In this document: positions 57,451-64,000 of the stretch, in pieces | Numbering within the stretch: the stretch's first letter is position 1 | Layout of the letters: every line of letters begins with the position of its first letter | Assembly (NCBI GenBank): GCA_951406725.2 | Contig: OX597836.1 | Span: forward strand, 4,526,001-4,590,000 | Source: Octopus vulgaris | Lineage: Eukaryota | DNA length: 64,000 nt | Reading direction: 5' to 3' | Translations under genes and position numbers: made by a program | The notes under the pieces: model-generated | What the model was told of the DNA's origin: nothing | What the model saw: only the letters and a program-made list of their open reading frames with translations | Database searches by the model: none

Positions 57451-59778
57451 TTATTGCTTATTTAGCTTGGGTTCGAATTTATCAATAAAATTCTTTTCTC
57501 TGATTTTCCTCTCGATTTCACTTGGGCTGTGTAATTTGTAGAATGGAAATATTATATATATTTTCCGACCACATGTTGCTAGGTGGTTACTCAAAGGTAT
57601 CTGACGGACCTCTGGGTCTCTAATCTGTTGCCGGTGTACACGTGAGCGTTCTAATAGTGCGTTTCCCGTCTGACCTACATATATTTCTTCACAATTTGGG
57701 CATTTGATGCAGTAAATTAAATTTCTGCTTTTGCAGTTCATATTCGCGTTTGTGAATATTTTTCCGGTTTTTGTGTTTATATATTGACCGGTATGTATGA
57801 ATTGGCATGTGCCACATCGGCTATCATTGCATTTAGATACCGTGAATGTTTGGTCTTTGTTGCTGAGGTCAAATTTTGCCTTTGTTAGTAATGTTTTCAA
57901 GTTTTTAGGCTGTCTTTTACTAAGCACCATAGCTCGATCCTTGATTATGTCTTTTAATTCATTACTTTGGGCAATGATTGGAAGGTTTGCTTTGGCAATG
58001 TTGAAGATATTCTGGTGACATGGGTTGTGTGTCACTATGAATGGTATGACTTGTTCTTGTTTTCCTCTTCCTTGGGTTGTCCTAAGTTGTTGTATAGGTA
58101 TTTTTATAGCCCGCTGTATGCCATTTTCTATAAGTAGAGATGGGTATTTTTGTTTGAGCAAAAATTCTCTTAGTTCTATTAGGCGTTTGTTCCTGATATT
58201 TGCATCTTCTACAATAGTACAAATTCTTCTGGCTAGGCAGTATGGGATGTTACGTTTTGTATGTGGTGGATGGCACGACTTAAAATTTAGGTATTGATGT
58301 GTGTCTGTGTGTTTATAGTATATATCTGTGGTGATGGTGGTGTCTTTTTTAATTACCATTATATCCAGGAATGGTAATTTGGTACTACTCATCTCCTTTG
58401 TAAATTTGAGAGATGGGTGTAGGTTGTTCAGGAGGATATTGAACTCTTCCAGAGTATTTAGAGATTCTGTCCAGATTATGAAACAGTCGTCTAGGTATCT
58501 CTTCCATGCCTTTTCAATATACTTTCTAAATCCAGTGCCATAGTTTACCTCCACCTCTTGGTAGAGTTGTTCTTCTAAGTATCCCATTACAGAGTTGGCG
58601 TAAACGGGAGCAAACCTCGTTCCCATCGCCGTGCCTCTAATTTGGATGTAATTCTTTCCATTGAAGAAGAATGTGTTATTTTCTAGAATAAGTTTGACTG
58701 TGTCTAATATAAATGGCACTGTGAATCTGCTGGGAATCACTTCTCTATGTTTTTCTAACCAGTATTTAATCGCCTTTATTCCTAAATCGTGTGGAATATT
58801 GGTGTAGAGGCTTACCACATCAAAACTTAGCAAAACTGAATTTGTTTCTGTTGTTTTGGGAAGATGGGACAGGAAGTCGATGTCATCCCTGATGAAACTT
58901 GGTATGTAAGTACATAGTGGTTTCAAAACAATGTCAATAAAATTGCTTAGACGGTGTGTAGGGCATGCTGGACCAGCTATAATAGGTCTAAGTTTTAGGT
59001 CTTTTGGATGTAATAATTTTATGTACTCACTTTCTTGTTCTTTTACTGCCTGTTGAATGTTTTTTGATTTGTGTATTTTTGGTAAGCCGTAGAAGTTGCT
59101 GGGTTTTGGTTCAAAATTGGTGATGTAGTCTTTTTCATTATCCGTAAGTGAGTTGTGGTGTGTTGAAATCAGGTTGTTGATCTTTTTCATGATGTGGTGG
59201 TCTATATTTGCGGGTATTTCACAATAGAAGGTTGTATCCTTCAGTTGGTCTTCAACCAAATCCTTATAGTATTCGGTATCCATAATAACAATTGCACCAC
59301 CTTTATCTGCTTGTTTAATTATTATTGTTTGATCGTTTTGTATACGTTTACATGCAGACATCTCTGATTTGCTAATGTTTGGCCTAACATTGGTATTGCG
59401 TCTAAGGGGAAATTTAGACAGGATATCAATGTATTGGTCAAGGTAGTTATTTCTTCCTTTTGGTGGGGTGAAATTTGATTTATTCCTTACTAGGGATTCA
59501 TCAATCTCATTACTTTTGTTAGCGAAGAATTCTACAAGTCGTAATTTTCGACAGAATTTTTGGATATCCTCCTTTAATTCTTGGTGGTTGGCTGTTGGTG
59601 TAGGTGTGAATTTCAGTCCTTTTGACAGAAGTTGGATTTCATCATTGTCAAGATCTCTTTTTGATAAATTAATTATTTTAGGATCTATACGTTCAGTTGT
59701 TTGGGGTATGTTTCCTCTTGGATTTTTTCTTTCTCCGGTGTTTGTTGTCCTGACGTAAAAAAATGGATTTTTTTCTGG
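57451..59778 (-). CDS. PLE copy 3 ORF2, RT + GIY-YIG, open in the -1 frame relative to ORF1 (776 codons stop-to-stop, first Met at 59361)
   Basis: All RT and EN motifs are intact. The frame stays open upstream through IINLS and GLKFTPTP to 59778, overlapping ORF1 by 94 nt. Confidence 0.85.
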   Translation of the reverse strand, partial: PEKNPFFYVRTTNTGERKNPRGNIPQTTERIDPKIINLSKRDLDNDEIQLLSKGLKFTPTPTANHQELKEDIQKFCRKLRLVEFFANKSNEIDESLVRNKSNFTPPKGRNNYLDQYIDILSKFPLRRNTNVRPNISKSEMSACKRIQNDQTIIIKQADKGGAIVIMDTEYYKDLVEDQLKDTTFYCEIPANIDHHIMKKINNLISTHHNSLTDNEKDYITNFEPKPSNFYGLPKIHKSKNIQQAVKEQESEYIKLLHPKDLKLRPIIAGPACPTHRLSNFIDIVLKPLCTYIPSFIRDDIDFLSHLPKTTETNSVLLSFDVVSLYTNIPHDLGIKAIKYWLEKHREVIPSRFTVPFILDTVKLILENNTFFFNGKNYIQIRGTAMGTRFAPVYANSVMGYLEEQLYQEVEVNYGTGFRKYIEKAWKRYLDDCFIIWTESLNTLEEFNILLNNLHPSLKFTKEMSSTKLPFLDIMVIKKDTTITTDIYYKHTDTHQYLNFKSCHPPHTKRNIPYCLARRICTIVEDANIRNKRLIELREFLLKQKYPSLLIENGIQRAIKIPIQQLRTTQGRGKQEQVIPFIVTHNPCHQNIFNIAKANLPIIAQSNELKDIIKDRAMVLSKRQPKNLKTLLTKAKFDLSNKDQTFTVSKCNDSRCGTCQFIHTGQYINTKTGKIFTNANMNCKSRNLIYCIKCPNCEEIYVGQTGNALLERSRVHRQQIRDPEVRQIPLSNHLATCGRKIYIIFPFYKLHSPSEIERKIREKNFIDKFEPKLNKQ

Positions 59779-60977
59779 TTATGATTTATATTCCTGTTGA
59801 TGTTTGCTTGATGAATTTTGCGTTTTGGTTGTGGTACTTTACTTGGTTTCGTTATGTTTTCTGTCTTGTTTTTGGTATTATGTATGCTACTTTTCAATTT
59901 CTTGTTAGCATTGTTTTTAACCACCTGGAGAAATGATCTGGGTTTACTTCTAGATCTAGATCGGTTTTTTGTCCAGTTTCTTGTGGGTAATCTCTGTTGA
60001 GGTCTTGAAAATGATCTCCTGTTATTTCTACTGCTAATGGTCTGTTCAAAACAATATCTATTTTGTTTGTGCTTTTTGTTCATGTTGTGTGCATTAGGGT
60101 GTTTGCATACAAAATGGGAAGAGTTCTTACCGTAGTTCGTCTTCGATTCGTGGTGAAACGGGTGTTCATGTTGCCACGTGTTCTGGTGTATGTTGCGTTG
60201 GTGAGGTTGTCCACTTTTAATGCTATTTCTCGGAGTTCTGGTGTCTTTACCGTAATTTGTAGCATATTTGTCGAGAAATAATTGTTTCCGCTGCCAAAAC
60301 TTTCTTGATCTGCTTTCTTCTTTTGAGATATCTCTGATCCATAGTTCTCGCATTTTTTCTGCTATATTGCCGGTCGTTAGTTTGGATATTTCATCTCTGA
60401 TTTGATCATCGATAGCTTCGTATTTGGCTTTGTAGCGGGATTGTTTAGACAGGGTAATGGAGATGTCGGTCCTGAATTTTATCAAACTAAGGTCCCATCG
60501 AAGTTTAGTTTCTTCCTCTGGTTCTCCTGCAATTTCTTTAATTAGGTACTTCCGAGGAAGTATGGGTGCCGCTAAAGATATCCATTTCGAATGTATTTCA
60601 GCATATTTTTCGCATTTATATGCCTTCCAGAAGTTTTGTTTTCTTATGTTAAGGAGTTTTTTCCATGTCTTCTGTATCTCTTCTCTTTTTCGGTGTGCCT
60701 CTTTTTCCAGATTTCTTTCGTTTATTTCTGACATCCAAGGAGGTTGTGGTAGGCTTTCTCTTGTAGATTTTATAATTGTTGGTATCATTTCAGCTAAATT
60801 CTTAATTTCAGAGTTTATGTGTTCATTTCCAAGTTTTCCGTCTGTAGACTGTTTTTCTATTTCCTTTAAAATAGAGGATTGTGTGTCAATCATCGTGATG
60901 AGTGTTGATAATTTCGATGAAATTTCCATTAGAATTCTTTCGGATTCTGTTAATTTTGTTTGTTGCTTTCCAGACAT
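59685..60977 (-). CDS. PLE copy 3 ORF1 (430 aa)
   Basis: ATG at 60977, stop at 59685; one S>L change (WISLAAP) relative to copies 1 and 2. Confidence 0.75.
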   Translation of the reverse strand: MSGKQQTKLTESERILMEISSKLSTLITMIDTQSSILKEIEKQSTDGKLGNEHINSEIKNLAEMIPTIIKSTRESLPQPPWMSEINERNLEKEAHRKREEIQKTWKKLLNIRKQNFWKAYKCEKYAEIHSKWISLAAPILPRKYLIKEIAGEPEEETKLRWDLSLIKFRTDISITLSKQSRYKAKYEAIDDQIRDEISKLTTGNIAEKMRELWIRDISKEESRSRKFWQRKQLFLDKYATNYGKDTRTPRNSIKSGQPHQRNIHQNTWQHEHPFHHESKTNYGKNSSHFVCKHPNAHNMNKKHKQNRYCFEQTISSRNNRRSFSRPQQRLPTRNWTKNRSRSRSKPRSFLQVVKNNANKKLKSSIHNTKNKTENITKPSKVPQPKRKIHQANINRNINHNQKKIHFFTSGQQTPEKEKIQEETYPKQLNV

Positions 60978-61438
60978 GTTGGCATATACACAATAGGAAT
61001 ATAGATATATATATATATATGGGTGTGTGTGATTGTGTATAGAAGAATATATTAATAAAAAGAATTCCAACCTTGTCTGATTTTCACGTTTTATTTACAA
61101 TCTTATAATGATATATTATAAGATAATATATTATAATTGAATAAAATAAAATGAAATAGTAGAATGTTAAATATTCATTCTGATTGAACTAGTACTTTCA
61201 TGCATTGAATTCTGCAATCTTCGGGTTCATGTAGTAGTGTTGACAGTCATGCTTCGCAATTTTTGACTGTAGCAAGATGAGTGATTCTGTGCTATAAATA
61301 CAGCTGGGTAGGCTCCAGAGTGCTAGGTTTTGCAAACTGTATTCTGACCAATCAGTGTGTAGTATCACTCAATTACTTAAGCTGATTGGTTGGTTGAGCT
61401 GATTGGTTTAGGCATCATGCTTTGTTGGACAGGTCAAG

Positions 61439-64000
61439 AGTTTGATAAAATTCAGGACCGACATCTCCATTACCCTGTCTAAACAATCCCGCTACAAAGC
61501 CAAATACGAAGCTATCGATGATCAAATCAGAGATGAAATATCCAAACTAACGACCGGCAATATAGCAGAAAAAATGCGAGAACTATGGATCAGAGATATC
61601 TCAAAAGAAGAAAGCAGATCAAGAAAGTTTTGGCAGCGGAAACAATTATTTCTCGACAAATATGCTACAAATTACGGTAAAGACACCAGAACTCCGAGAA
61701 ATAGCATTAAAAGTGGACAACCTCACCAACGCAACATACACCAGAACACGTGGCAACATGAACACCCGTTTCACCACGAATCGAAGACGAACTACGGTAA
61801 GAACTCTTCCCATTTTGTATGCAAACACCCTAATGCACACAACATGAACAAAAAGCACAAACAAAATAGATATTGTTTTGAACAAACCATTAGCAGTAGA
61901 AATAACAGGAGATCATTTTCAAGACCTCAACAGAGATTACCCACAAGAAACTGGACAAAAAACCGATCTAGATCTAGAAGTAAACCCAGATCATTTCTCC
62001 AGGTGGTTAAAAACAATGCTAACAAGAAATTGAAAAGTAGCATACATAATACCAAAAACAAGACAGAAAACATAACGAAACCAAGTAAAGTACCACAACC
62101 AAAACGCAAAATTCATCAAGCAAACATCAACAGGAATATAAATCATAACCAGAAAAAAATCCATTTTTTTACGTCAGGACAACAAACACCGGAGAAAGAA
62201 AAAATCCAAGAGGAAACATACCCCAAACAACTGAACGTATAGATCCTAAAATAATTAATTTATCAAAAAGAGATCTTGACAATGATGAAATCCAACTTCT
62301 GTCAAAAGGACTGAAATTCACACCTACACCAACAGCCAACCACCAAGAATTAAAGGAGGATATCCAAAAATTCTGTCGAAAATTACGACTTGTAGAATTC
62401 TTCGCTAACAAAAGTAATGAGATTGATGAATCCCTAGTAAGGAATAAATCAAATTTCACCCCACCAAAAGGAAGAAATAACTACCTTGACCAATACATTG
62501 ATATCCTGTCTAAATTTCCCCTTAGACGCAATACCAATGTTAGGCCAAACATTAGCAAATCAGAGATGTCTGCATGTAAACGTATACAAAACGATCAAAC
62601 AATAATAATTAAACAAGCAGATAAAGGTGGTGCAATTGTTATTATGGATACCGAATACTATAAGGATTTGGTTGAAGACCAACTGAAGGATACAACCTTC
62701 TATTGTGAAATACCCGCAAATATAGACCACCACATCATGAAAAAGATCAACAACCTGATTTCAACACACCACAACTCACTTACGGATAATGAAAAAGACT
62801 ACATCACCAATTTTGAACCAAAACCCAGCAACTTCTACGGCTTACCAAAAATACACAAATCAAAAAACATTCAACAGGCAGTAAAAGAACAAGAAAGTGA
62901 GTACATAAAATTATTACATCCAAAAGACCTAAAACTTAGACCTATTATAGCTGGTCCAGCATGCCCTACACACCGTCTAAGCAATTTTATTGACATTGTT
63001 TTGAAACCACTATGTACTTACATACCAAGTTTCATCAGGGATGACATCGACTTCCTGTCCCATCTTCCCAAAACAACAGAAACAAATTCAGTTTTGCTAA
63101 GTTTTGATGTGGTAAGCCTCTACACCAATATTCCACACGATTTAGGAATAAAGGCGATTAAATACTGGTTAGAAAAACATAGAGAAGTGATTCCCAGCAG
63201 ATTCACAGTGCCATTTATATTAGACACAGTCAAACTTATTCTAGAAAATAACACATTCTTCTTCAATGGAAAGAATTACATCCAAATTAGAGGCACGGCG
63301 ATGGGAACGAGGTTTGCTCCCGTTTACGCCAACTCTGTAATGGGATACTTAGAAGAACAACTCTACCAAGAGGTGGAGGTAAACTATGGCACTGGATTTA
63401 GAAAGTATATTGAAAAGGCATGGAAGAGATACCTAGACGACTGTTTCATAATCTGGACAGAATCTCTAAATACTCTGGAAGAGTTCAATATCCTCCTGAA
63501 CAACCTACACCCATCTCTCAAATTTACAAAGGAGATGAGTAGTACCAAATTACCATTCCTGGATATAATGGTAATTAAAAAAGACACCACCATCACCACA
63601 GATATATACTATAAACACACAGACACACATCAATACCTAAATTTTAAGTCGTGCCATCCACCACATACAAAAGTAACATCCCATACTGCCTAGCCAGAAG
63701 AATTTGTACTATTGTAGAAGATGCAAATATCAGGAACAAACGCCTAATAGAACTAAGAGAATTTTTGCTCAAACAAAAATACCCATCTCTACTTATAGAA
63801 AATGGCATACAGCGGGCTATAAAAATACCTATACAACAACTTAGGACAACCCAAGGAAGAGGAAAACAAGAACAAGTCATACCATTCATAGTGACACACA
63901 ACCCATGTCACCAGAATATCTTCAACATTGCCAAAGCAAACCTTCCAATCATTGCCCAAAGTAATGAATTAAAAGACATAATCAAGGATCGAGCTATGGT
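61439..64000 (+). mobile_element. Inverted, 5'-truncated fourth PLE copy (runs off the window end)
   Basis: Reverse complement of 57926-60488. Partial ORF1 at 61442-62242 and RT at 62149-63693, with a 1-nt deletion near 63673. AGT microhomology at the junction. Confidence 0.93.

Larger units (their letters stand above)
48218..61441 (-). mobile_element. Head-to-tail tandem array of a Penelope-like retroelement (3 full units plus a partial pseudo-LTR), Neptune/Naiad-like
   Basis: Near-identical units with periods 4274, 4234 and 4273 nt (hammerhead motif at 48404, 52678, 56912, 61185). Encodes PLE-type RT and a C-terminal GIY-YIG endonuclease. Clade assignment rests only on the CX4CX2C linker and is tentative. 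Confidence 0.95.

Overview
AT-rich eukaryotic (animal) intergenic or intronic DNA, dense in (TA)n, (CA)n, (TATC)n, (TAA)n and (GAT)n microsatellites. The repeat families look like those of an octopus/cephalopod genome; this is an inference. Nearly all short ORFs in the track are microsatellite artefacts. Bases 1-48200 hold tRNA-head SINEs, decayed LINE fragments (CR1-like, Dong/R4, L1/Tx1, RTE-like), a MITE, foldback repeats and solo hammerhead-bearing Penelope fragments. Bases 48218-64000 hold a very young Penelope-like retroelement (PLE; RT + GIY-YIG) insertion: three full head-to-tail ~4.27-kb units on the minus strand, then a partial pseudo-LTR, then an inverted 5'-truncated fourth copy. 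Main observation: in 3 of 4 copies the element is not a single ORF. It is a coiled-coil/basic 430-aa ORF1 overlapping an RT-EN ORF2 in the -1 frame, with an in-frame U_UUU_UUU slippery heptamer, which suggests a gag/pol-like programmed frameshift. Each unit junction carries a CCAAT/TATA promoter, a variant minimal hammerhead ribozyme (CCGAAGA core), an AATAAA and a (TA)n tract that abuts the genomic (TA)n at the insertion end.
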